From assembly GCA_019746485.1 (NCBI GenBank), contig JAIERW010000001.1, positions 6,917 through 70,916 of the forward strand: a stretch of DNA of 64,000 nucleotides. Direction: 5' to 3'. Of this stretch, positions 54,242 to 64,000 are shown in pieces (position 1 is the stretch's first letter; each line of letters starts with the position of its first letter). The notes beneath the pieces are model-generated. The model made no database searches. It had not been told where the DNA came from and saw only the letters and a list, made by a program, of their open reading frames with translations. The DNA is from Candidatus Babeliales bacterium. GTDB lineage: Bacteria; Babelota; Babeliae; Babelales; RVW-14. The position numbers were made by a program, and so were the translations under genes.

Positions 54242-55814
54242 GAGAAATGTGCGACTTTATAATACCAAAAAAATACAGCCAAAAATGCCACGCAAAAAGT
54301 ATAATAAATGGCTCAATAGGCAAGCGCATGCGCGCATAGCCACCCGCCAAAGAAATCACTATAAAAAATGCCATGAACGGCAAGACTCTACTCGTGATAC
54401 AAATCATTGAAACGCGACGCCTAAAAAATCCCGAGAGAACAAACAATACAAAGCCCAGCAGCATAAACAGCATGCTCATAATTTCTACAAAAATCACTGC
54501 ACGCAGCCACAATTTGTTGGTAGCAGGAAAGAGATAGCGCTTGATCATAGAAAACCACGAGCGGCCTGGCGCAAAGTAATCAAACTCTGGCCGGCCCGAT
54601 TCAAGATACAAAAGCTCTGCTGAATATAATGAAAATTTAGTGCGAAACATATCAGTAAGCCATAGCTTGAGCGAAGTCAGTGGATAGTGCTTAAAGTAGC
54701 CTATCGCCAACTTTTCTTGCATCGCACAATGCTCATATTCGTTTGGTACACGATGATATTCTTTTTTAAACGCATGCTCGCGCTTACGTACTTTTTTGTG
54801 CACAACTTCGCGGGCCCGCTCATACGAAATATGTTGCTCATGCGCCACCACCCGCGCTGCAGAAAAATATAAAAAGTGGCCTCCCGGCAGCGAGTGTAAA
54901 AAAATCTGGCCCACCAACATATAATTACGCAACAGCCAAAATGAAACCGGCACAATCCAGGCCATAATAAACAAAAGACTCTTGGCACATTTTTCACGCC
55001 AATAATCATGCGATAAAAAAATCATGAGCATGGATAATGGTAGCAAATAATGCCCCACAGGCCGCACCATTGAAGCAACACCTAAAAAAAAGCCTGCCCA
55101 CGCAAGCCGCTGAAAAACATGCTGACGACACTCAAAAAGTTTTTTGTCGGCACGCGTCATGGTGTACATATTTTCAACATCATCGCCGTACATCTTTTCA
55201 TAAAGTTCTAAAAATGAAGCTCCGGTGCAGGCAGGACGGGGCAAAAACAATGAACCCGCAATACGGTTCATCCAATTTTTTTCAGGCGGCAGCGAACCAT
55301 TTTCAGGGCTTGAGCAAAAAAAGAGATGATTGACCGGCAAAAAAAATAGCATAAAAAGTAAAAAGAAAAAGAGAAATAATGTTTCGGTCATAAAAAAACC
55401 AGCATACAAAACAAGACCAAGGTGCACGGCGCTGTAAAGCGAGGCAACACGCGCCAGTACAAGCATTTTAGGAAAAAGTGCTAGACTGAGAAAAAAGATA
55501 AGTATGGGCAACAAGCTTGCTATTAAAACTTGAAACCAAAGTGCGATTGTTTTTTCTTGCCCAAAAAGAGCATAGTGTACTGCCAAAAAAACTGGGTAGC
55601 CAGGAACTCGATAAAAAGCAGGATCACCATTGGCATTTGCAACACCTTTACCCGCGGCAATGCTGGTTGCCAACTGGTGGTAGGTAGCAGAATCAGCCTG
55701 CCAAAAGCGATTTTCTTTACTCAAATAACAAAAAAAAACAAGGGCTCGAATTACGAATGAGAACAAAAACAAAAGAGTTAGAAAGTTTTTTTCTTTTTTG
55801 AAGATTGCTATCAT
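54228..55814 (-). CDS. GT-C fold membrane glycosyltransferase (ArnT/PMT-like), paralog
   Basis: Polytopic. QADSATYHQLATSI..FYRVPGYPVFLAVHYALFG. It aligns collinearly with 52838..54241 through to the C-terminus. Confidence 0.6.
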   Translation of the reverse strand: MIAIFKKEKNFLTLLFLFSFVIRALVFFCYLSKENRFWQADSATYHQLATSIAAGKGVANANGDPAFYRVPGYPVFLAVHYALFGQEKTIALWFQVLIASLLPILIFFLSLALFPKMLVLARVASLYSAVHLGLVLYAGFFMTETLFLFFFLLFMLFFLPVNHLFFCSSPENGSLPPEKNWMNRIAGSLFLPRPACTGASFLELYEKMYGDDVENMYTMTRADKKLFECRQHVFQRLAWAGFFLGVASMVRPVGHYLLPLSMLMIFLSHDYWREKCAKSLLFIMAWIVPVSFWLLRNYMLVGQIFLHSLPGGHFLYFSAARVVAHEQHISYERAREVVHKKVRKREHAFKKEYHRVPNEYEHCAMQEKLAIGYFKHYPLTSLKLWLTDMFRTKFSLYSAELLYLESGRPEFDYFAPGRSWFSMIKRYLFPATNKLWLRAVIFVEIMSMLFMLLGFVLFVLSGFFRRRVSMICITSRVLPFMAFFIVISLAGGYARMRLPIEPFIILFAWHFWLYFFGIIKSHISHEQH

Positions 55815-55834
55815 CGATCCTCCGATTTTTATCG

Positions 55835-56857
55835 TTATACTACCCCGCGCTGCTCATGAGTGGGCTGCGTTAATGGCGCACAACGCGTACGCATAGCTTC
55901 CCACGCAAGCGCTGATGACAAAATAGTTGATAAATCTGAATACTGTGGCTGCCAACCCAAAACATTTTTTATTTTTGTTGGATCGGCAAGTAAAATTTCC
56001 GCATCGCCTGCCCGACGAGCCAGCGCTTGAATATTCGCTTTTTTGTTACACAAACGTTGCGCAGCATCAATCACCTGCTTTACGGTGTAGCCAAGCCCCG
56101 TGCCAAGATTAAACACTTCTGATTGTGCCCCACTGTTTAAATATTTTAGAGCCAATGCATGGGCCTGTGCAATGTCAGCAACGTGAATGTAGTCACGCAG
56201 GCAGGTACCGTCTAACGTGTTGTAATCGTTACCAAAAATAGTAACCGGTTCATCGTTTGCAATTGCTCGAAGCAAGCGCGGGATCAGATGTGTTTCTGGT
56301 TCGTGATGTTCACCAAGACCTAACTCGCTCAAAGCACCAGCAGCATTGAAATAGCGTAATGAAACAAAGCGCAGATCATAAGCTGCCGCATAATCTTGCA
56401 GCGCCCACTCAACCATGAGTTTATTGCGGCCGTAAGGACTTACCGGTACCGTTGGATGCAATTCGTCCATGGGCATGCGCACGGGATTGCCATAAACCGC
56501 ACAGCTTGAAGAAAAGACAATTTTTTTAATATCATGCTCGAGCATGAGCCTGAGCATGGTAAAAACTTTGCCAACATTATTTTCATAAAAATCAGCTGGC
56601 CGGGTTACCGACTCGCCAACTTCAATAAAAGCAGCAAAATGCATTACCGCTTCAATTGCATACGTTTTAAAAATATTGACAAGAGTTTTTTGATCACTAA
56701 AATCAGCGCTCACAACCGTTGCCCAAGAAGGATCAAAGGTTTGCTGCTGTACATACGAATCTATAATAACAACATGATAACCTTGCTGAGCCAGAAAATG
56801 CGCCGTGTGAGAACCAATATACCCCGCCCCACCAGTCAACAAAATTGACTTTTTCAT
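55835..56857 (-). CDS. galE: UDP-glucose 4-epimerase
   Basis: ILLTGGAGYIGSH Rossmann motif and the catalytic YGRNK (YxxxK). Length 340 aa. Confidence 0.9.
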   Translation of the reverse strand: MKKSILLTGGAGYIGSHTAHFLAQQGYHVVIIDSYVQQQTFDPSWATVVSADFSDQKTLVNIFKTYAIEAVMHFAAFIEVGESVTRPADFYENNVGKVFTMLRLMLEHDIKKIVFSSSCAVYGNPVRMPMDELHPTVPVSPYGRNKLMVEWALQDYAAAYDLRFVSLRYFNAAGALSELGLGEHHEPETHLIPRLLRAIANDEPVTIFGNDYNTLDGTCLRDYIHVADIAQAHALALKYLNSGAQSEVFNLGTGLGYTVKQVIDAAQRLCNKKANIQALARRAGDAEILLADPTKIKNVLGWQPQYSDLSTILSSALAWEAMRTRCAPLTQPTHEQRGVV

Positions 56858-56984
56858 AACGCACTCCTTAAACTTGTCCCAGAATCAGTAATAAAAAGAG
56901 CGTACTAGATTTTTTTATAAAGGCATAGGATCGATCATCGAAAAAAAATTTTTCAGCCTCACCCTCATACTCTTTCTCACTTTT

Positions 56985-57668
56985 ATGCCTGGAATTATGT
57001 TACCCGCATCAAGCTCTGTAACAGAATCTAGTTTTGTAGACAATCATGAGCTTGCTATCGAATTTATCGAAAAATTACTTGAAGAGCATACAAACTGCTC
57101 TCCAACCTATCCTAGAAATCTTAATCAATGCTATGAAGAAACTTTTTATCTACTACCACTGCATTATGCGATTATTCAAGGTAGACAAGATCTTATAACA
57201 CAACTTCTTGAGCACGGCGCAAAGACCAACCTGCCTGATTCGTACGGGCGAACTCCGTTGATGTGGGCAGCAATGTACGCCGAGCACCATATCATAAACC
57301 TTCTTATTGTAGATTACAAAGTAGATATTTCTGCAGTTGATAAAGCAGGCCTTAGTGCCTTGCATCATGCCGCACACACCTTGTCCTTTATAAAGACTCG
57401 TCAACGGTGCGAAACAATAGGTTTATTGATATCATACGGAATTTTGAAACAAATTTCCCATTCAACACCCCTCTTTCCCTTTTTAGAAAGAAGTAGAGTT
57501 TCACAAGAAATAATAGATTTTATAAAAAACCCTGAGCTCCTCATCCCCAAAAAGCCCAGCAAATCAAGCAGCTTTAAGAATCTCAAAAATCTCCTACCCA
57601 AACAACCATTTGGTGGGCATAAGCGATCAAAGAGTGGCGCTTTTACCGATGTTGAACCGAGCAGCTAA
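56985..57668 (+). CDS. Ankyrin-repeat protein without obvious signal peptide
   Basis: LLPLHYAIIQGRQDLITQLLEHGAKTNLPDSYGRTPLMWAAMYAEHHIINLLI..AGLSALHHAAH, with a basic Ser/Lys-rich tail. Confidence 0.8.
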   Translation: MPGIMLPASSSVTESSFVDNHELAIEFIEKLLEEHTNCSPTYPRNLNQCYEETFYLLPLHYAIIQGRQDLITQLLEHGAKTNLPDSYGRTPLMWAAMYAEHHIINLLIVDYKVDISAVDKAGLSALHHAAHTLSFIKTRQRCETIGLLISYGILKQISHSTPLFPFLERSRVSQEIIDFIKNPELLIPKKPSKSSSFKNLKNLLPKQPFGGHKRSKSGAFTDVEPSS

Positions 57669-57751
57669 AACTCACTCTTTGAATTTTTTAACGATTTGTA
57701 GTACTTTTTATACAAAGTAGGCCCATTAAATACGCTTGAACAAGGAATGCT

Positions 57752-58993
57752 ATGATTGCTCGTGTCCGTGGAACCGAAGATCTTTTAGATCTAACGCTGT
57801 ACAACTTTATTGTCGGCAAAACACAGGAACATTTTGGTCGTCACAATTTTAACCAAATTAGCACGCCCATTCTTGAAAATACGCAGCTCTTTGTGCATTC
57901 GTTGGGAACAGGAACCGACGTCGTTTCAAAAGAAATGTATATTATTGACGGCGATCAAGACAACAGCATTTGCTTGCGACCAGAGGTAACGGCAGCCACT
58001 ATTCGCGCCTGTTTTGAAAACCGCATTGACCGCTTTCCCTGGAAAGTGTTTAACATTGGGCCCATGTTCCGACGCGAGCGCCCACAAAAAGGTCGCCTGC
58101 GTCAATTCCATCAAATTAGCATTGAAGTTATTGGCACCAGCGCAATTGGCCAAGATGCGCAGTTTATAAAAATGCTCGATACCCTCTTTAGTAATGTTTT
58201 CAAATTAGAAAACTATGCGCTCAAGATTAACTTTCTTGGTTGCGCAAGTGACCGTGCAACGCACAAAGAAAAACTAATCGTTTTTTTGAACAGCCTGATC
58301 GACCAGATTTGCCCAACCTGTATTGAGCGCAAAGATAAAAATACGCTGAGAGTTTTTGATTGCAAAAACGAAACATGCAAAAACTTGTACACAAAAGCGC
58401 CACGCTTAACCGATTGCTTATGCAGCACCTGCGATCAAGAATGGCAAACGCTACAAACATTGCTCCAATTTACCAGCGTTAATTATATTATCGACACCAA
58501 TTTGGTACGCGGTTTAGATTATTATAACCGCACCGTCTTTGAATTCTTTTCTAAAGACCTGGGCGCGCAAGATACCTTTTGCGGTGGGGGGCGCTACAGC
58601 CTGGGCCGAGAAGTTGGCGCAAAAGAAGATTATGAATCAATTGGCGCTGCAATGGGCATTGAGCGCCTGCTCTTGCTTCTTGAGCCATTACAACACCAAC
58701 TCGCACTTACTCAACCACCGGTTCTGCATGTTATTTTGCCGTTGGCAAATGAGCAAGATGCACTCGCACTGTTGCTCGCAAATACGCTCCAACAAAATAA
58801 ATTGGCTACTGACATTATTTTTGAAAAAGCCTCAATGACCAACATGCTCAAAAAAGCAAATCGTACGGGCGCTAAATATGTATTGGTATTGGGAGAACAA
58901 GAACAACAAGATGGCACTGTCACCATAAAAAACATGATGACAGGCCAAACTGAAACCGTTAAACAAGCCGAAGCTGTCAATTTTTTAAAATAA
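57752..58993 (+). CDS. hisS: Histidine--tRNA ligase
   Basis: The class II HisRS pattern as I remember it: N-terminal VRGTEDLL, LRPEVTA, FRRERPQKGRLRQFHQ, and a GGGRY-type motif (CGGGRYS). Confidence 0.9.
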   Translation: MIARVRGTEDLLDLTLYNFIVGKTQEHFGRHNFNQISTPILENTQLFVHSLGTGTDVVSKEMYIIDGDQDNSICLRPEVTAATIRACFENRIDRFPWKVFNIGPMFRRERPQKGRLRQFHQISIEVIGTSAIGQDAQFIKMLDTLFSNVFKLENYALKINFLGCASDRATHKEKLIVFLNSLIDQICPTCIERKDKNTLRVFDCKNETCKNLYTKAPRLTDCLCSTCDQEWQTLQTLLQFTSVNYIIDTNLVRGLDYYNRTVFEFFSKDLGAQDTFCGGGRYSLGREVGAKEDYESIGAAMGIERLLLLLEPLQHQLALTQPPVLHVILPLANEQDALALLLANTLQQNKLATDIIFEKASMTNMLKKANRTGAKYVLVLGEQEQQDGTVTIKNMMTGQTETVKQAEAVNFLK

Positions 58994-58999
58994 AAAAAT

Positions 59000-59659
59000 T
59001 TATTTCTTACTTTGTTTGAGATAACTTTGAATGTAAAGAATCTTTTTGAGCTGGTTGTCAAAACCAAAGCAATAACGCGAGAAACTCACATTAAGATCAC
59101 GCGTAATGTCTTTGACGTATTTTTTAACAAATTTTATCTTTTTTTCAATCAGCTCTAAAACGTTATCTGAATCTGATTTTTCAACGATGACTTTTGAGTT
59201 GGCATCATCAGACAAGAAATACAAAAGTTGAGAAGCTTCGTGCTCAATCTCTTGAATCAACATATCAAGGCTTGCGGTATACTGCGCAATACTTTGCTCA
59301 GAACGTTCATACTCTTCTTGATCAACTTTAACCGTGCCAGCTTTAATGAGTTCGTTAACTTTAGTTTTGATCAATTCACTTTTTTCTAAAGCTAGATTCT
59401 TTTTTTCAATCACTTCTTCATGCAAACCATGCAGCGCCGTAAGCGCTTCAATAATTTTTACACGAAGTGGCTCTGCAAGAGCACTTTCCATAGTCAAAAG
59501 CTTCTTGCCTTCTTGTTCTAAACGAGCCAAAAAAGCTTCGCGTTCTGCTTTTTTTTCTTCATCTGTTTTGGGGTTCTTATCATGGTCAGCATTCTGGTCC
59601 AGAAGATTAGTACCCTGCTCAAGATTCTTTTTTTCAGTATCAATCATGATATCGTCCAA
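59000..59659 (-). CDS. Hypothetical coiled-coil protein (no signal peptide)
   Basis: 219-aa ORF rich in E/K/L heptad-like sequence. No motif recognised. Confidence 0.5.
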   Translation of the reverse strand: MDDIMIDTEKKNLEQGTNLLDQNADHDKNPKTDEEKKAEREAFLARLEQEGKKLLTMESALAEPLRVKIIEALTALHGLHEEVIEKKNLALEKSELIKTKVNELIKAGTVKVDQEEYERSEQSIAQYTASLDMLIQEIEHEASQLLYFLSDDANSKVIVEKSDSDNVLELIEKKIKFVKKYVKDITRDLNVSFSRYCFGFDNQLKKILYIQSYLKQSKK

Positions 59660-60234
59660 TTGTCCAAAAAATTAACAAAAAATATCTCCCAATTTGCAAC
59701 ACAAACTAGTCTAACTTTTCAATCAAAAAATAGCAAAGGCCATAACACATTAAATTAAGGCATTTTTAGCCAAAAAATCGATTCCTTGATTTTATCAAAA
59801 GATTTCAGTCATACTAACTGTAAATTCAAAAAACAGGAGCAAATATGGTTAGTTTACTTGACTAGATCAACAAAATTACTCAGAAAAAACCTTTACTTGA
59901 AACGTTTAACTAAAAAAAAAGATTTACTCCAAACTGTCACAAAAACAATTACATCAAAAGAGCCAAACAGCCTGTTAAACTAAGGTTTTTTAGACAATAA
60001 CGCAACACTTACCCACAAAGGTGTTAGTAAGTACCCTCCACGCATGCTCATATGTTCGTACTGAACCCATTAAGAACACATTGTTCCAATTTAGGACAAG
60101 GCCAAAAAGAGCGTCTCAATGATCATTTAGCGCAAGTTAACATAATATACAAAGTTGCGACGCAAATTTTTGCGATCTTTAATTGTGCGAAAAGAGTCAA
60201 AAAAGCAACTTTCTAAAAGAAAAAAATGTTTTTC

Positions 60235-60263
60235 TTGGCAAGAAGAATTTATCTTCTTGCCAA
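60235..60263. other. Perfect 12-bp inverted repeat (hairpin) abutting the candidate M16 promoter
   Basis: ttggcaagaaga (60235..60246) pairs with tcttcttgccaa (60252..60263) around a 5-nt loop. No T-run follows on the plus strand. Confidence 0.6.
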
Positions 60264-60264
60264 C

Positions 60265-60292
60265 CTTGACGCACAGCCGCACCTTGCTACAC
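60265..60292 (+). promoter_or_regulatory. Candidate promoter of the M16 peptidase gene
   Basis: TTGACG (60265..60270), a 16-nt spacer, then TACACT (60287..60292). It lies about 67 nt upstream of the ATG. Confidence 0.35.
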
Positions 60293-60358
60293 TTTTACTA
60301 GGGTCGTTCAGCATTTTCTTGCATTACAGAGCAATAAAAATTTGTTAGGGATAAAACC

Positions 60359-63148
60359 ATGAATCTACTCTCTTTAATAGTTTCATTCTCTTTATTAGCA
60401 CAAGTAGCGCTTTTTGCAGCTTTAACTACCGAACCGAAATCTCAACCTCAACAATCGGTCAATGCATGGCTGGAAAAAGCAAAAGCAAAGATTTCTAAAC
60501 AAGTTTTACCAAATGGCCTTACCACTATCCATTACCCGCTACCGGGCAGCAACAAAGTTTATGTCAGCGTTACCTACAACGCCGGCGCCAAAAATGAGCT
60601 ACCAACCGAGCACGGCTTGGCGCACATGGTTGAGCATATGATTTTTAAAGGCACTGAAAAAATGTCTGAACGAGATCTGGACGCCATTGCTGAAAAATTT
60701 TGCATTGGCGGGATTGGCGTCGGCTTTAACGCCGGAACTTATTATGATATTACCAACTACTACTTTAAAACCGACAAAAACAACTGGCCCGTTTTTGTTA
60801 ACATGCTTGCCGACTGCATGGAAAATGCCTGCTTTAAAGAGCATCATTTTGCTTCAGAGGTAAAAGCAGTAGCGCAAGAAATGAAAATGCGTAATGCCCG
60901 GCCCTCTACCTGTATTTTTGATACCTTGGGCCACGAGCTTTTACCGCCAAACCATCCCTATGCCCATCCACTTGGCGGCAACCTCAAAACATTGCTCAAT
61001 TCAAACGCCCAAGATTTAAAAGCTTTTTATCAACGTCACTACGCACCAGCCAATGCCTTGGTCACTATTGTGGGCGACTGTGATGCAGAGCAAGCTTTTG
61101 CACAAGTTCAAGAGGCTTTTGGCACACTAGAAAACCCTTATTTCAAACAAGACACACAAACGCCCAACCCAGTTCATGCCGATTTTTTCCAAAAAAATAC
61201 GACCGTGTACAAGCCAGTCCCTAACCCTGTGGTCCGTTATTGTTGGCTTACCCCGGGCGATTTGTATGAGCGTGAAATAGCGGCCCCCGCACTCAGTTAC
61301 GCTCTTTCTTTGCGCTTTGAAAAAAAAATAAAGGATAAAAAAGATCTTGTTTATTCAATTGGCGCCAGTCCCATAACGTTTAATGAAATTGGCTATTTTA
61401 TGATCAGCTTCGAGCCCAAAGAAAATACCAATGGCGTGCAAACCAAAAGTTGCAAAGAGGCAATTGAGCACGAGCTGCGCAAAATTATGACCAAAGGAAT
61501 TACTGAAGAAGAACTTGCTTGCTTTAAAAAAATTTCAATAACTTCAGTACTCAAAGCATTTGATAGCGCGCAAAGTGTGGCAAACCTTTTTGAGCAGCAG
61601 TTTTTCAAATTCCGTAATGAATTCGAAATTTTTAATGACATTGCCGCTGTTGAAAATTTAACACAAGACACCATTAAAAATTTCTGTAAAAACTATCTGC
61701 AACCCTACCTCATGCATACCTTTACCGTTATGCCACTGCTTGAAGAACAAAAAGAAACATGGCAAACTTTGCAAGCCGCCCTTGATACGTACGAGCAAAC
61801 AGCACTTGCGCAAAAAATACGTGAAAACGAAGTTGAGCAACCCCGCCTTTCAGACCAAATGCCAGAGCCAACGCTGCTCACACTCACCTACGAACATCCC
61901 GACAAAAAAATTACCCTTTCAAACGGCCTGGACGTTTATTTGAAATATCGCGACATCAGCCCATTTGTTTGCGCAAGTTTAAGCTTTAAAAATAGTGAAC
62001 AGCTCGATATTGCCTTGCGCAACAGCAACCTGGCGCACGCAGCACAATTTGCCGTCAACCTGCTGAGCGAAGGAAGCGAAGATTATTCAAAACAAGAGCA
62101 CCAGGCGTTCTTTGATTTGCTGGGCGCATCGTGGAACATGAGTTATGGTCGCGGTTCCTTTTCATGCCTACCTGAAGATTTAATGCTGGTAGCCGACCGC
62201 TTTGTGCATATTTTAACCAGACCAACCTATCCAGAAAATATCTTTACTCAAGAACAAGCAGACGCCATTGACCGCATTAAGCAAGCACAAGACAATAGCT
62301 TTTATCTAGCACAAAGCACCGTACAACAGTATCTATTTCAAGGTTATCCGTGGATTAAAACTGACGAACAAACGATACAAGAACTTGCTGCAATTCAGCG
62401 TGATGATCTGTTTGCTTTGCACAAGCGCTTTGTGAACCCGAGGCTGATGTTTTTGACAATCGTTGGCAACTTTGATCAAGCAACCATTATTGAACAACTC
62501 GAACAAACGTTTGGCTTGTGGCAACAAAACCAAAGTTTTGATGTGAATGCTGAAATGCCAGCAGTACCTGATATCAGCAACCCGCAAGCAACATCACTTC
62601 ATAAATTTTTGCCAAAAGAACAAGTTGCTCTGGTTGCCGGACGCGTTACCACTACCTTTGATACCGACGACCGATTTTGCTTAAAATTACTCGAGCTTTA
62701 TTTAAATAAATGTCTTTACGAAATTCGCGAAAGAACCGGAATTTTTTATTCTTGCAGTGGATCGTTAAGTTCAACAAACTATCTGACCAAAGGTAACAGC
62801 TGTATTGGCACGCTTGTTTCAATCGATAATGTTGAATTGGCACAAGAGGCAATCAAAAATGTTTTACAAACTATCTGCACCAACGGCATCGATGAAAAAA
62901 ATCTTGCAGTTGCAAAACAAAATTATCAAGTTACTCTAGCTAAAGGCTTCTCTACTAACGTTTCATTAGCCGAAAGCTATGCATCCCTGGTACAAATAAA
63001 CATGCCATGGACGCATTATGACGACTGCATTGAACGCGTACACCGTCTTTCATGTGATGACGTTAACCGTGTTGCAAAGCAGTACTTAGATCCGACAACC
63101 TGGAGTTTTATTACCGTAGGAAGGACTTACAACAATGCTCGTGCCTGA
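60359..63148 (+). CDS. Secreted M16 (pitrilysin/insulinase) family zinc peptidase, double-length form
   Basis: Signal peptide MNLLSLIVSFSLLAQVALFA. Inverted zinc motif HGLAHMVEHMIFKGT (HxxEH). The 929-aa length is consistent with two fused M16 halves. Confidence 0.85.
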   Translation: MNLLSLIVSFSLLAQVALFAALTTEPKSQPQQSVNAWLEKAKAKISKQVLPNGLTTIHYPLPGSNKVYVSVTYNAGAKNELPTEHGLAHMVEHMIFKGTEKMSERDLDAIAEKFCIGGIGVGFNAGTYYDITNYYFKTDKNNWPVFVNMLADCMENACFKEHHFASEVKAVAQEMKMRNARPSTCIFDTLGHELLPPNHPYAHPLGGNLKTLLNSNAQDLKAFYQRHYAPANALVTIVGDCDAEQAFAQVQEAFGTLENPYFKQDTQTPNPVHADFFQKNTTVYKPVPNPVVRYCWLTPGDLYEREIAAPALSYALSLRFEKKIKDKKDLVYSIGASPITFNEIGYFMISFEPKENTNGVQTKSCKEAIEHELRKIMTKGITEEELACFKKISITSVLKAFDSAQSVANLFEQQFFKFRNEFEIFNDIAAVENLTQDTIKNFCKNYLQPYLMHTFTVMPLLEEQKETWQTLQAALDTYEQTALAQKIRENEVEQPRLSDQMPEPTLLTLTYEHPDKKITLSNGLDVYLKYRDISPFVCASLSFKNSEQLDIALRNSNLAHAAQFAVNLLSEGSEDYSKQEHQAFFDLLGASWNMSYGRGSFSCLPEDLMLVADRFVHILTRPTYPENIFTQEQADAIDRIKQAQDNSFYLAQSTVQQYLFQGYPWIKTDEQTIQELAAIQRDDLFALHKRFVNPRLMFLTIVGNFDQATIIEQLEQTFGLWQQNQSFDVNAEMPAVPDISNPQATSLHKFLPKEQVALVAGRVTTTFDTDDRFCLKLLELYLNKCLYEIRERTGIFYSCSGSLSSTNYLTKGNSCIGTLVSIDNVELAQEAIKNVLQTICTNGIDEKNLAVAKQNYQVTLAKGFSTNVSLAESYASLVQINMPWTHYDDCIERVHRLSCDDVNRVAKQYLDPTTWSFITVGRTYNNARA

Positions 63149-64000
63149 AAAATTTCCTGTAACGTGCCATAGCAACAAGGTAGGCCTTGGCTCAACCTTT
63201 GTTGCTATTAAAGGCAAAGTAACCGACGGTAATAACTTTATTGAGCAAGCGCTTGAACAAGGTGCCACCGCTCTGGTAGTTGAGCACCCTTTTAAACCCT
63301 GCGAATTTTTAAACAAGCACAACGAAAAAAACATTACCATTTCAATGGTTCCCAACGCACGCAAAACACTCGCAATTATGAGCAGCAATGCTGCGGGCAA
63401 CCCTGCTTCTCAACTAAAAATTATTGGCGTTACCGGCACCAAAGGCAAAACAACCACAACGTATTTGATTGAACATATGCTGCGCACGAGCGGTCACAAA
63501 ACAGCAATGCTGACCGGCGTTGTTAACCAAATTTTAGATCAAAAAGAGCCAAGCACCCTCACCACACCAGAAAGCGATTACCTGCACATGTTTTTTGCTG
63601 AATGCGTAAAACAAAATGTTGAGTATGTAGTCATGGAAGTTTCTTCTCATGCACTCAGCCTTTTCCGCACTCACGGTATCATTTTTGAGGCTGCTGCTTT
63701 TACTAATTTGGCACCTGAGCACATGGATTTTCACGAAACATTAGAAAATTACTTTGCCGCAAAAATGATGCTTTTTGATCAAGTAAAACCAAACGGCACC
63801 ATTGTTATTAATGCTGACAACGAGTGGGGAGCAAAGGCCCTTGAACAGTTGGCAAGCAAAAAACCAACCGCCAGTTCTTTGCAGCAGGTCAACATTACGC
63901 ACAACAATCTTCACGGTCTTGTTTTAACCATCGACAATCACGAATTTAAAACAACAAAACTTTTTGGCACGTTTAACGCACAAAATATTTGCCAAGCGTA
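63135..64000 (+). CDS. murE: UDP-N-acetylmuramoyl-L-alanyl-D-glutamate--2,6-diaminopimelate ligase, C-terminal end cut by window edge
   Basis: Manual translation from ATG 63135, which overlaps the M16 stop by 14 nt: MLVPEKFPV..STFVAIKG...GVTGTKGKTTT (P-loop)..MEVSSHAL..NLAPEHMDFH. The frame stays open to the window end. Confidence 0.85.
   Translation, partial: MLVPEKFPVTCHSNKVGLGSTFVAIKGKVTDGNNFIEQALEQGATALVVEHPFKPCEFLNKHNEKNITISMVPNARKTLAIMSSNAAGNPASQLKIIGVTGTKGKTTTTYLIEHMLRTSGHKTAMLTGVVNQILDQKEPSTLTTPESDYLHMFFAECVKQNVEYVVMEVSSHALSLFRTHGIIFEAAAFTNLAPEHMDFHETLENYFAAKMMLFDQVKPNGTIVINADNEWGAKALEQLASKKPTASSLQQVNITHNNLHGLVLTIDNHEFKTTKLFGTFNAQNICQA

Noticed and set aside
59786-59983. 65-aa Lys-rich ORF in the long intergenic region.
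   Set aside because: It has a TTG start, no Shine-Dalgarno sequence, and AT-rich low-complexity composition typical of non-coding DNA. It is kept only as a note in the finding on that region.

Overview
AT-leaning 64-kb window that looks like part of a reduced, host-dependent bacterial genome. An obligate intracellular or protist-associated lifestyle, such as Dependentiae/TM6-, Chlamydiae- or Rickettsiales-like, is my guess and is not verifiable here. Housekeeping genes are recognisable from motifs: ychF, an ABC-F ATPase, secA, atpD-atpC, a UvrD/PcrA helicase, hisS, galE, an asnB-like gene, an M16 peptidase and murE. They are interleaved with a very large accessory load. By coordinate arithmetic, about 30% of the window encodes Sec-signal-peptide ankyrin (ANK) or ANK-like proteins. 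These include a 10-gene tandem array (1..6702), two giant ANK proteins (721 and 919 aa), a family of six mini ANK-like secreted proteins with duplicated promoters and leaders, and a three-gene cassette family with shared termini. The strongest candidates for new biology are as follows. (1) A secreted ANK protein ends in a textbook RING-H2 finger (36833..38374). (2) The cassette family at 32321..36689 has shared 5' and 3' modules, an identical terminator block, and GAA/TTC microsatellites of 10, 5 and 11 units at a fixed upstream position. (3) The mini-ANK family includes two members ending in AECGRR[GA]SF. (4) Three tandem nucleotide (ATP/ADP) translocase paralogs lie directly downstream of an orphan atpD plus a short atpC. 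(5) A glycosylation locus has four GT-C membrane glycosyltransferases and is interrupted by a eukaryote-like LRR gene. Other items are a HEPN/MNT toxin-antitoxin pair, a solitary NurA-like nuclease, a 7-TM double PQ-loop protein and an AAA_14/DUF4143 ATPase. I recognised no rRNA, tRNA, CRISPR array, transposase or integrase. All calls rest on motif reading of the supplied translations and the raw sequence. No database search was run.
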